From an uncultured Actinomycetota bacterium (GTDB lineage Bacteria > Actinomycetota > Actinomycetes > Prado026): 64,000 nt of DNA. Location: the NCBI GenBank assembly GCA_963819215.1, contig CAWFVK010000001.1:181229-245228 (forward strand), given 5' to 3'. Positions 55,158-64,000 of the stretch are shown piece after piece. The notes below the pieces were generated by a model. The model was not told where the DNA came from. It did no database searches and saw only the letters and a program-made list of their open reading frames with translations. The first letter of the stretch is position 1. Each line of letters starts with the position of its first letter. Position numbers and translations under genes: made by a program.

Positions 55158-56097
55158 CAGCACGGGCGACGAGACCGTTCCAGAGCTCCCCGAGATCCAG
55201 GCCCGCGGCCGCCACAGCCTGCGGGAACAGCGACGTCTCCGTCATCCCTGGCGCTACGTTCACCTCGAGGAACCACACCTCGCCGGCGTCGTCCACGATG
55301 AGGTCCGTGCGGGACACGTCACGCAGCCCCAACGCCGCATGGGCTGCCAGCGCTGCCTCAGCGCAGGCCTTGGCCGCGCCGATCTCGAGCCGGGCTGGCG
55401 CGAAGAACTCCGTGGTGCCCGCGGTGTAACGGGCCGAGTAGTCGTAGAAGCCGCCGTCCGGGACGATCTCGACGGCGGGCAGCGCGATCGGTCCCGAGTC
55501 GGTCTCCACGACGGACACGGCGACCTCCGTGCCTTCCACATAGCGCTCGACGAGCGCGGCGTCGCCGTACGAGAAGCAGCTCACCATGGCCGGAGGGAGG
55601 TCCTCCGGGATCCGGACCACGCTCGCACCGAGAGACGAACCCCCGCGTGCTGGCTTCACCATCAACGGGAGCCCGAGACTTTCCAGCAGGGCTTGCATCA
55701 CCGCGGCGGCCCCGAGCTCGCGGAACGTCGTCTGCGGCAGCGTGACGGAGCGTGGCGTGCACACCCCGGCGGTGAGCACCACGGACTTCGCGGTCGGCTT
55801 GTCGAAGGCCGGGCGGCACGCGAACGGCCGCGAACCGACGTAGGGCAGGTCCAGGAGCTCGAGCACATCCCTGACGGCGCCGTCCTCGCCGCTGGCGCCG
55901 TGCAGCAGCGGGATCACCACGGCGGGGCGATGGACGGACAACGCGTCCAGCAGCCCGGCGTCGACGTCCAGCACCGCCGTCTCGACACCGGCGCCGTCCA
56001 ACGCGTCCGCAACGCGCCGCCCGGAGCGCAACGAGACATCGCGCTCGTGCGACAGGCCACCGGCGAGCACGACGACGCGGCCCTCGAACGCGCTCAC
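55120..56097 (-). CDS. ddl: D-alanine--D-alanine ligase
   Basis: The GTG at 56097 overlaps the upstream stop (GTGA). The product reads [22 protein letters not shown]...[24 protein letters not shown]...[12 protein letters not shown]...[19 protein letters not shown]. Confidence 0.75.
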   Translation of the reverse strand: MSAFEGRVVVLAGGLSHERDVSLRSGRRVADALDGAGVETAVLDVDAGLLDALSVHRPAVVIPLLHGASGEDGAVRDVLELLDLPYVGSRPFACRPAFDKPTAKSVVLTAGVCTPRSVTLPQTTFRELGAAAVMQALLESLGLPLMVKPARGGSSLGASVVRIPEDLPPAMVSCFSYGDAALVERYVEGTEVAVSVVETDSGPIALPAVEIVPDGGFYDYSARYTAGTTEFFAPARLEIGAAKACAEAALAAHAALGLRDVSRTDLIVDDAGEVWFLEVNVAPGMTETSLFPQAVAAAGLDLGELWNGLVARAASRVPAGDPSAR

Positions 56098-57407
56098 GCG
56101 GTGGCCGGACCTGGCATGTCGGAGGTTCCGCTCGAGGAGTCGAGCCCGGGTCCGAACGTGGCGACGAGCTCGAGCTCGCCCTCGACCACCGAGGCCAGCC
56201 GGCGCACGCCCTCTCTGATCCGGTCGGGCTCGGGATAGCAGTAGGACAACCGCAGGCATCGTCGGCCGAGCGGCTTCTCGCGGCCGGCGAAGAAGGCCGT
56301 CCCGGGGACGTAGGCCACGCGCGCGGTGACGGCCCGGGCGAGCATCGACGTCGCGTCCAGGCCCTCGGGCAAGGTCACCCATGAGTAGAAGCCGCCGCTG
56401 GGGACGGTCCAGGTGGTACCGGCAGGCATCAGCATGTCCATCGAGTCGATGAGCGCGTCGCGACGCTCGCGGTACAGCTCGCGGAAGACCTTGACCTGGT
56501 CGAGCCAGGGCTGCTCGATGAGGTAGGAGGCGATCGCGTGCTGGGCGAACTCGGACGGGCAGAGCACCGAGGCCTCGGCGGCCAGGACCAGCTTCTCCCG
56601 GATGCCGTGCGGCGCCACGACCCAGCCCACGCGCAGTCCGGGGGCGAACGTCTTCGAGAACGACCCGAGGTACAGCGACCTGCTCCCCGCCGTCGGCTCG
56701 CAACGCCTGCGGCACCGAGCCGTCGAAACCGAGCAGACCGTACGGGTCGTCCTCGAGCACAGGGAGCGAGAACTCGTTGCAGACAGCCAGGATCTCGGCC
56801 CTGCGCCCGGGCCCCTGGGTCACCCCGGCCGGGTTGTGGAAGGACGGCACGGTGTAGAGGAACGCCGGTCGTCGGCCACGCGCAGCGAGCTCGGTGAGCC
56901 GTTCGCGCAGCGCTGCGGGAACCAGCCCCTCGTCGTCCATCGCGACGTGCTCGACCTCGACCTGGTACGCCGCGAAGACCGAGAGGGCGCCGACGTAGGA
57001 GGGGGCCTCGGCGATCACGACGTCACCCGGGATCGCACAGCACCCGGGTCACGAGGTCGAGCGCCTGCTGCGAACCCGACTGTGACCACGATGTCGTCCG
57101 GGTGGGCCTGCACACCCACCAGCGGGAGCATCGCGTGCGCGATCTGCTCGCGGAGGACGACGGCCCCTTGGCCTGAGCCGTACTGCAGCGCGCTTGCGCC
57201 CTGCTCCGAGACCAGCCGGCCGAACGAGTCGGCGATCGCGTCGAGCGGGAGCGCGGACACCGACGGCATGCCGCCGGCCAGCGACACCACCTCGGGCCGC
57301 GAGGCGACGGCGAACAGCGCGCGGATCTCCGAGGCGATCATGGCCTTGGCCCGCGCCGCGTAGCGGTCGTGGAAGGGATCGAGCCGGGACCCCTGGGACG
57401 AAGGCAT
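56094..57407 (-). CDS. PLP-dependent aminotransferase (class I/II fold, MocR/PatA-like), frame breaks
   Basis: N-terminal fragments read ASEIRALFAVASRPEVVSLAGGMPSV and HPDDIVVTVG. The middle reads LYTVPSFHNPAGVT...EDDPYGLL. The C-terminus reads GFYSWVTLPEGLDA...AYVPGTAFFAGREKPLGRRCLRLSYCY. Confidence 0.6.
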
Positions 57408-57635
57408 CGGCGCTCCTCCGATCCGTCATCCTCGTGGGCTGGTGCTGCTGTTTCGTCGGGCAGCGAGCCGGGCTTCGCTGGTCGCTATCGGTCGTCGAGC
57501 GTGACCTCTAGAGTGCCATACGAGCGGTGCTCGACTGCTGAGGACCGCCGCGAGGAGGTCGGTCGGTGGCCCGAGGGCCAGCAGGGCAAGCACCAGGGCA
57601 AGCAGTGCGGACAGCAGTGGGAGGCGCGGCGTCAT

Positions 57636-57791
57636 GAGGCTCGCACGCTGGGTCGTGCTCGCGCTGCTCGTCGGCGCAGGGGTGGCGTTCCTCGCTGAGC
57701 TGCTGCGACCGCGCCCGGACAGTGCCCCGCAGTCCGGGTACCTGCCGCCGCGCCCCGCTCCCGACCACCGCGTCGTCCTTCCCGACTGATG
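57636..57791 (+). CDS. hypothetical small secreted/membrane protein
   Basis: The product reads MRLARWVVLALLVGAGVAFLAELLRPRPDSAPQSGYLPPRPAPDHRVVLPD*. An overlapping antisense ORF is also signal-peptide-like, so strand assignment is uncertain. Confidence 0.2.
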
Positions 57792-57810
57792 GCCCGCCGG
57801 ATCGCGCCGC

Positions 57811-58374
57811 TTGGCCGCGGAGCTCGCGGACGACGTCTGCTCCCAGCTCCCGGAGCCCTGCTCGGGGTGCACGGTGTGGGGCCTCGCGGGCTGGGTCGAC
57901 GAGGCACGGGATCGCTGGGGGCCGTGCGGTTTGGTCGCCTCCGTCGACGACGTGCTTGCCGGCTACCTCATGTACGCGCCGCCCGCTTACGTCCCCGGAC
58001 GGCCGCTTTCGCCGCGGCCCCGATCAGCCCGGATGCGGTGCTGCTGCTGACCGGTAAGGTGCTTCCCGGCTTCGAGGGGGCGGTACCGGAAAGGCGCTGG
58101 TGCAGGCGATGGCCAAAGACCTCGTCAACCGTGGGCGTCAAGTGCGGTGGAGGCGTACGGCTCGGCGACCGGGGAGGGCTGCCTGCTGCCGACGGGATTC
58201 CTGATCGGGCTGGGCTTCGGGCCGGTGCGTGAGCACCCGCGCAACCCACGGCTGCGGCTCGACCTCCGCACCGCGGTGAGCTGGCGCGGTGACGTCGAAG
58301 AGGTCTGGGGCCGGGTCCGTGGTGCGGTGCTGCCGTTCCCGGCGGGCCAGCACCCGACCACGATCAGCCGCTGA
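57811..58374 (+). CDS. putative GNAT-family N-acetyltransferase (frame break near 58000-58080)
   Basis: Joined frames give ...VDDVLAGYLMYAPPAYVPG..APISPDAVLLLTGKVLPGFEG(R)GTGKALVQAMAKDLVNRGVKAVEAYG...GFLIGLGFGPVREHPRNPRLRLDL. The G(R)GTGKAL motif resembles GNAT motif A. Confidence 0.4.
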
Positions 58375-58392
58375 GCGGTCGGTGAATGACGG

Positions 58393-59572
58393 TCAGCGGT
58401 TGATGAGGTCCGGCAACCGGATCGATCCGGTAGGGGCGTCGTCCTCGCTCGCGAGGTACAAGCGCTGGACCGCCACGACGACGGCCTCGGCCACGACGTC
58501 CCTGAAATCAGCGTCAGCCAGCCGGGCGGCATCGCCGGGGTGGCTCAGGTAACCGACCTCGAGCCGGACGGCGGGCATCCTGGTGCGTCGCAGGAGGTCC
58601 CAGGTCTTCTGGTGCGCACCGCAGTCGACGAGGTCGGTCCGTGCGACGACCTCCCGCTGCAACAGCTGGGCGAACCGCTGGCCCATCGGGGACTGCACGC
58701 CCTGGTGCTGGCTGCCGTAGTAGTAGGTAGAAACGCCGTTCGCCGCAGCCGAGCAGCTCGCAGTCGGCGTGCACGGACAGGACCAGGTCGGCGCCGAGCA
58801 GGTTCGCCGCCTCAGCGCGGGCGGTCTCGTCAGGCGGGACGTCGTGCGGGCCGAGCCGGCCGCGGCTCAGGTAGGCGGTGACACCGGTGGCCGCCAGCCG
58901 ACCCTCGATCCGCGCCGCGAGGTCCTCGGCGACCTCGGCCTCGGTGAGTCCGTGGCCGCTCTCACCCGGGTCGGCTCCGCCGTGACCTGGGTCGATGACG
59001 ACGACCTTGCCAGCCAGCGTCGGCCCCAGCCGGCGGATGCGCTCTTGCTCGCGCATGACCGACGGTTCGCCACCGACGATGGTCCGCACGAGCCGGTCGA
59101 TGGCCTTGAACGTCGCCGGCCCGCAGGTGCCGTCGGCGAGCACGCCGACGTTGCGCTGGAAGTCCTTGAGCGCTCGCTCGGTGTCCAGCCCGAAGATGCC
59201 GTCGTCGCGACCAGGGTCGAAGCCGAGCTCGAGCAGGCGCCGCTGGAGGGCGAGGACGTCGTCGCCGGTCAGGAGGTGGCTCGGCGCGTACCAGAGGACG
59301 CGGTCACCGAGGCGCCACCTGGCGTCGTCGAGCAGGCGCCAGGTCTGCGGGCCGACGATGCCGTCGACGGTCGCTCCGCGCTGCTGCTGGAACCCGCGTA
59401 CGGCGGCATCGACCGCGTCGTCGAACTGAGCGTGGTCGTAGTCACCTCGCAGCTCGCCGACACGAGAGCCGGCGCCGCTGGATCGCCCGAGGAGTCCGAG
59501 CACCGCGAGCCTGGCGCGGATCTCGGCCACCGCAGGACCGACGTCACCGAGACGGTAGAGAGCCGGTGTCAT
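58393..59572 (-). CDS. cwlM: N-acetylmuramoyl-L-alanine amidase (Amidase_3) with two peptidoglycan-binding domains (CwlM-like)
   Basis: The peptidoglycan-binding domains read [21 protein letters not shown]...[22 protein letters not shown] and [48 protein letters not shown]. The amidase core reads [15 protein letters not shown]...[13 protein letters not shown]...[17 protein letters not shown], with a frame break. Confidence 0.7.
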
Positions 59573-59741
59573 CGGTACCTCCGTCCCCACGTGCCGCCGG
59601 CTGCCCGGTGCAGCACGAACCAGCATGGTATCCGCGCGGAGGTCCCGAACCCGACTTTCCCGTGACCAGACAGCCGAACGGCGGCCCCCACTGGGAACCG
59701 CCGTTCGCACGTCGAGGTGAGTCGACTGGTCGAGATGAGGG

Positions 59742-60080
59742 TCAGGCCGAGGCGCCGAGGAACGGCGCGAGGTCCTTGAGCAGGACGGACTTCGGCTTGG
59801 CGCCGACGATCTGCTTCACGACCTCGCCACCGGAGAACACGCTCATCGTGGGGATGGAGGTGATGCCGTAGCGAAGCGGCGATCTTGGGGTTCTCGTCGA
59901 TGTTCACCTTGACCACGCGCAGCGTGCCGATGTTCTCGGCCGCGATCTCCTCGAGGATCGGGGCGACGGCGCGGCACGGGCGCACCACTCGGCCCAGAAG
60001 TCCACGATGACGGGCGTGTCGCTCTTGAGGACATCGGCGTCGAAGGAGGCGTCGGTCGCGCTGATCGTGTTGGCTCCCAT
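59742..60080 (-). CDS. trxA: thioredoxin
   Basis: GGAAGGATTCCCC precedes the ATG at 60080. The product reads [11 protein letters not shown](GPC)[33 protein letters not shown]...[38 protein letters not shown] across two frame slips. Confidence 0.7.
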
Positions 60081-60146
60081 GGGGAATCCTTCCTGACTGC
60101 GGCGAGGCTGGGCGGCTGGTGGTCGAAGGTGCTTCTGTACGGCGGT

Positions 60147-61171
<1,025 letters not shown>

Positions 61172-61364
61172 GGCGTGCGCTCCATACTTCAGGCGGACCT
61201 TACGGGTGCTTCAACCGATCCTAGGCGCCTGCCATTCCGCGCTGCGCGAACGCGGCGAGAACACCGTGCCGCGCTCCGGTCCGGCCGGCGCGCGGCCGGT
61301 CGTCGGACCGGCTCAGGGCCGGCCGACGGACTGGCTCAAGGGCGGTCGACGGACTGGTAGGTGA

Positions 61365-62195
61365 TCAGATGGGCGTCCTTCGAGACGCCGCAGGGGGCTC
61401 CACGACGAAGACGTCGAGCTTGTCTGCCTTGGTTCCGGGCAGGACGATCACCAGCGCCGGCTTGCCTTCGTAGGTCCCGGCGTCGGCCGCGATGGGCTTC
61501 ACCGAGGGGTCCGCGCCGTCCAGCACGGCGGCGAAGCAGGCGTTCAGGGCGTCCTGGTCGCCGAGCAGGCTGGTCAGCGCGGCGTCGACGGCGGCACTGC
61601 CGGTCGGGACGGGCGTCGACGACCCCGCCGTGTTCGGCGAGGTGCCGACCGAGGAGGTCGCAGGTGCGCTCGCTGTGCCGGCTGTCGGCGTGCCCGAGAC
61701 CAGCGAGCGCACCTGGGTGGGCAGCGAGGTGGCGTGGTAGGCAGTCCCGCTCTGCTTCACGACCACGGCGGCGGCTGGGGAGACCGCGCCCGACGCCGTG
61801 CTCGCGACCGTGTCGTTGTGGGTTCGTTGATGCAGGATCGCCCAGCCGCCTCCGAGCACCAGGACGGCGGCGGCCGCCACCGAGACGTACCGGAGGTCCA
61901 TGCGACGCCGGCGCGAGGCCAGCGGAACCACGGTGTCGCCGGTCGCGCTCTGCGGGATGGTTCCGGCCTGCGCGCGGTCGAAGGAGAGGTCGCTCGTCAG
62001 CGTGTCTGCCGGGAACGCGTCGGGATCGGCCGCAACCGCGACCAGCGCTGCGTTCAGCCGCGCGACGACGTCCGGCGGCATCGTGACCGGCTCGAGGTGC
62101 CCGAGGAGGTCGCGCACGAAGGCGTCGTCGCTGGAGCTCAGGTCGTCGGATCGCTCAGGATCGGACGGGTCTGCCGGGGTGTTGCGGTCAGTCAT
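61365..62195 (-). CDS. anti-sigma factor (membrane-spanning, anti-SigM-like)
   Basis: The start overlaps the upstream ECF sigma stop (ATGA). The product has an acidic cytoplasmic N-domain, one transmembrane segment (YVSVAAAAVLVLGGGWAIL) and a Ser/Thr/Ala-rich extracytoplasmic domain. Confidence 0.5.
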   Translation of the reverse strand: MTDRNTPADPSDPERSDDLSSSDDAFVRDLLGHLEPVTMPPDVVARLNAALVAVAADPDAFPADTLTSDLSFDRAQAGTIPQSATGDTVVPLASRRRRMDLRYVSVAAAAVLVLGGGWAILHQRTHNDTVASTASGAVSPAAAVVVKQSGTAYHATSLPTQVRSLVSGTPTAGTASAPATSSVGTSPNTAGSSTPVPTGSAAVDAALTSLLGDQDALNACFAAVLDGADPSVKPIAADAGTYEGKPALVIVLPGTKADKLDVFVVEPPAASRRTPI

Positions 62196-62812
62196 CGGGG
62201 GGCACCTCCTTCCGTATCCCTGGGACGGTCCGGTTGTACGACGCCCCCGGAGCCGTCCGGGTTCCGCAGATGGGCAAGAAGTGGCAGAAGCCTCGCGCGG
62301 CCGCGGGAGCAGCGGCTCTTGACGGTGCCGACCGGGCAGTCGAGCACGCTCGCGGCGTCCTCGACCGAGAAGCCCTGCAGGTCGACGAGGACCAAGGCGG
62401 CCCGCTGGTCGAAGGGCAGCGTGGCGAGCGCGTGCTCGACGACGATCGAGGTCTCGCGCTCGCTGATCGCGTCTCGCGGCGAGGCCGGCATGTGGGCGTC
62501 GTCGTCGGGCAGCGGGTCAGCGGCACGCACCTTCCGGCGCCGGACGAGGTCGAGGCAGGCGTTCACGACGATCCGGTGCAGCCAGGTGGTGACCGCCGCG
62601 TCGCCCCGGTAGGAGGCCGCGTTGCGGTAGGCCGAGATCAGCGCGTTCTGCAGGGCGTCGGCGGCGTCCTCGCGGTCGCCGAGCGTGCGGAGCGCCACCG
62701 CCCACAGGCGGTCCTGGTGCTTGGCGACGAGCTTGCCGAACGCGTCGGGGTCCCCGGCGACATGGGCTGCGACGAGCGCGCGGTCCTGCGTGTCGCCGGG
62801 CTCGTCAGACAT
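62192..62812 (-). CDS. ECF RNA polymerase sigma factor (SigM-like)
   Basis: Region 2 reads LVAAHVAGDPDAFGKLVAKHQDRLWAVALRTLGDREDAADALQNALISAYRNAASYRGDAAVTTWLHRIVVNACLD. Region 4 reads DQRAALVLVDLQGFSVEDAASVLDCPVGTVKSRCSRGRARL. Confidence 0.75.
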   Translation of the reverse strand: MSDEPGDTQDRALVAAHVAGDPDAFGKLVAKHQDRLWAVALRTLGDREDAADALQNALISAYRNAASYRGDAAVTTWLHRIVVNACLDLVRRRKVRAADPLPDDDAHMPASPRDAISERETSIVVEHALATLPFDQRAALVLVDLQGFSVEDAASVLDCPVGTVKSRCSRGRARLLPLLAHLRNPDGSGGVVQPDRPRDTEGGAPR

Positions 62813-62830
62813 GGGCGTCAGCGTACGGGG

Positions 62831-64000
62831 TCAGTTGCGGAACACCTGGATGTCGCGGACCGTGCCCTGGAAGCCGCCGGTCACCGCCGGCAGCTTCGTG
62901 AGCCAGACGAGCAGGTAGCGGGCCTCGATCTTCGCGGCCGGTGCCAGCGTCACGACGTCGACGGCTCCTTGGGCGGCAGCGACGGTGAAGTAGTCGGAGG
63001 CGCTCTCGGACATCCGGTCTGCCGCCCGCAGCTCCAGTGACGTGCCCGGACCGGACGAGCTCGACCTGCACCGCCGCCACCGTGGTCTTCGTCCCGAGGT
63101 CCAGGAGCAGTCCTACGCCAGGCTTCAGGCCGCCGAGGAGCGCGGTCGTGTAGACCAGCGTGTGCCAGCTGGTCTTCGGGTCACCGTCGATCGCGAGGTG
63201 CACGAGGTCGGGGTTCTCGGTGCCGTTGCCGTCCGGGTCGAAGTCGCGGGCGGAGACGATGGGGACGGGGCCGCTGGGAGGTTGGGGCGAGGTCGAGGCG
63301 GTCGAAGGCACCACGATGGGTGCCGCGGCGGGGGCGATCGGGCGGTTCTCGTCGGAGCGCAGCGCGAGGTAGCCCAGGCTGCCGATCACCGTGAGGATGA
63401 CGACGGCCGCAGCCACGATGACCCGTCCGGCGCTGCGGCGCGGCTGATCGAGGTCGTCGAGCGGCAAGGCGAGCACGCGGCGGGTGGCGGCCTCCAGCGC
63501 CGCGGCGACCGCTGACGCCGTGAGCAGCGGCGAGCCTCGACCGGGCAGTCCGAGCGCGCGGGCGCACACCTCGTCGAGCGGGGCGGGAACCCCGGCCAGC
63601 ACCCGGCTGGGTCGCACCGGCCGTCCGCCCTGCCCGCGGGGCCGAGGGGAGGGAGCACTCGGCCGGGTCGCCCGGCCAGCGCCCGGTCAGCGTGGCGTAG
63701 AGCAGTGCGCCGAGGTACCAGGCGTCGGACCGGTCGACGGCGCCGGCCGCACCGTCGGTGATCACCGCGTCCAGCGGGCGGGCGGTGCCGAACGCGAGGA
63801 CACGGACGCGGCCGTCCTCGGTCCGGAGCACCCACCGAGGGGTGGGTCGGCCGTGCTCGAGCCCCAACGGCTCGGCCCCGGCCAGGGCCTTCGCGGCCTC
63901 CAGCACGATCCGAGCGCCTTCGGCGTCGGGGAGCGGTCCTGCCGCGAGGAGCTCCTCGACGGAGGTCCCGACGTTCCACTCCGTCACCAGGCAGGCGCCG
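62831..64000 (-). CDS. C-terminal part of an MviN/MurJ-associated protein: kinase-like (pseudokinase) domain, TM, extracellular domain (N-terminus outside window; frame breaks)
   Basis: Kinase C-lobe-like segments read DAWYLGALLYATLTGRWP...LAGVPAPLDEVCARALG. A transmembrane helix reads GRVIVAAAVVILTVIGSLGYLAL. The extracellular region reads ...ENPDLVHLAIDGDPKTSWHTLVYTTALLGGLKPGVGLLLDLG..VAAVQVELV and TGGFQGTVRDIQVFRN*. Confidence 0.5.

Noticed and set aside
57426-57872. 148-aa minus-strand ORF with a signal-peptide-like segment
   Set aside because: It overlaps an equally plausible plus-strand small ORF (57636-57791) and the aminotransferase/GNAT flanks. It has no homology signal, so strand and reality are undeterminable from sequence alone.

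Overview
This is a high-GC (about 70%) Actinomycetota chromosome segment centred on the replication origin. The annotation below is reconstructed by eye and is not a tool-verified map.

The core is the conserved oriC neighbourhood in Mycobacterium-like order. On one side of the origin (minus strand, reading away from it) lie dnaA, dnaN, recF, dciA/DUF721, gyrB, gyrA, tRNA-Ile, tRNA-Ala, a DLW-39 peptide, a pentapeptide-repeat protein, ppiA, rhomboid, thiolase, crgA, DUF881, trpG/pabA, DsbA-like DUF929, VKOR, nicT and def. Beyond def, on the plus strand in window order, come fhaA, fhaB, pstP, rodA, pbpA and pknB. On the other side of the origin (plus strand) lie rpmH, rnpA, yidD, yidC, jag, rsmG, parA and parB. 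Beyond parB come ddl, an aminotransferase, a GNAT acetyltransferase, cwlM, trxA-trxB, a sigM-like ECF sigma factor with its anti-sigma factor, and a partial MviN-type pseudokinase gene.

Clustered DnaA boxes lie between dnaA and dnaN and upstream of dnaA. Two perfect parS palindromes sit in the rsmG and parA 5' ends.

The left third (1-22 kb) is less conserved accessory content. It holds a SEC-C/DUF5926 protein, an RsbW-like ATPase coupled to a phosphodiesterase, Fpg, an orphan methyl-accepting chemotaxis protein (MCP) like transducer and a three-gene cpATP-grasp / alpha-E / transglutaminase peptide-modification cluster. It also holds an L,D-transpeptidase, a SulP permease, DUF2252, a repeat-protein-RDD-PtpB-like phosphatase operon, a Dyp peroxidase, a secreted lactonase and an ECF sigma with a zinc-finger (ZAS) anti-sigma factor.

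The sequence carries very frequent single-base indels. Essentially every gene longer than about 600 bp changes frame at least once, including essential gyrA, gyrB, rpmH and pknB, and gyrB carries an in-frame TAA. I therefore treat frame breaks as sequence errors, not pseudogenes. Coordinates of starts and ends are approximate (a few nt).
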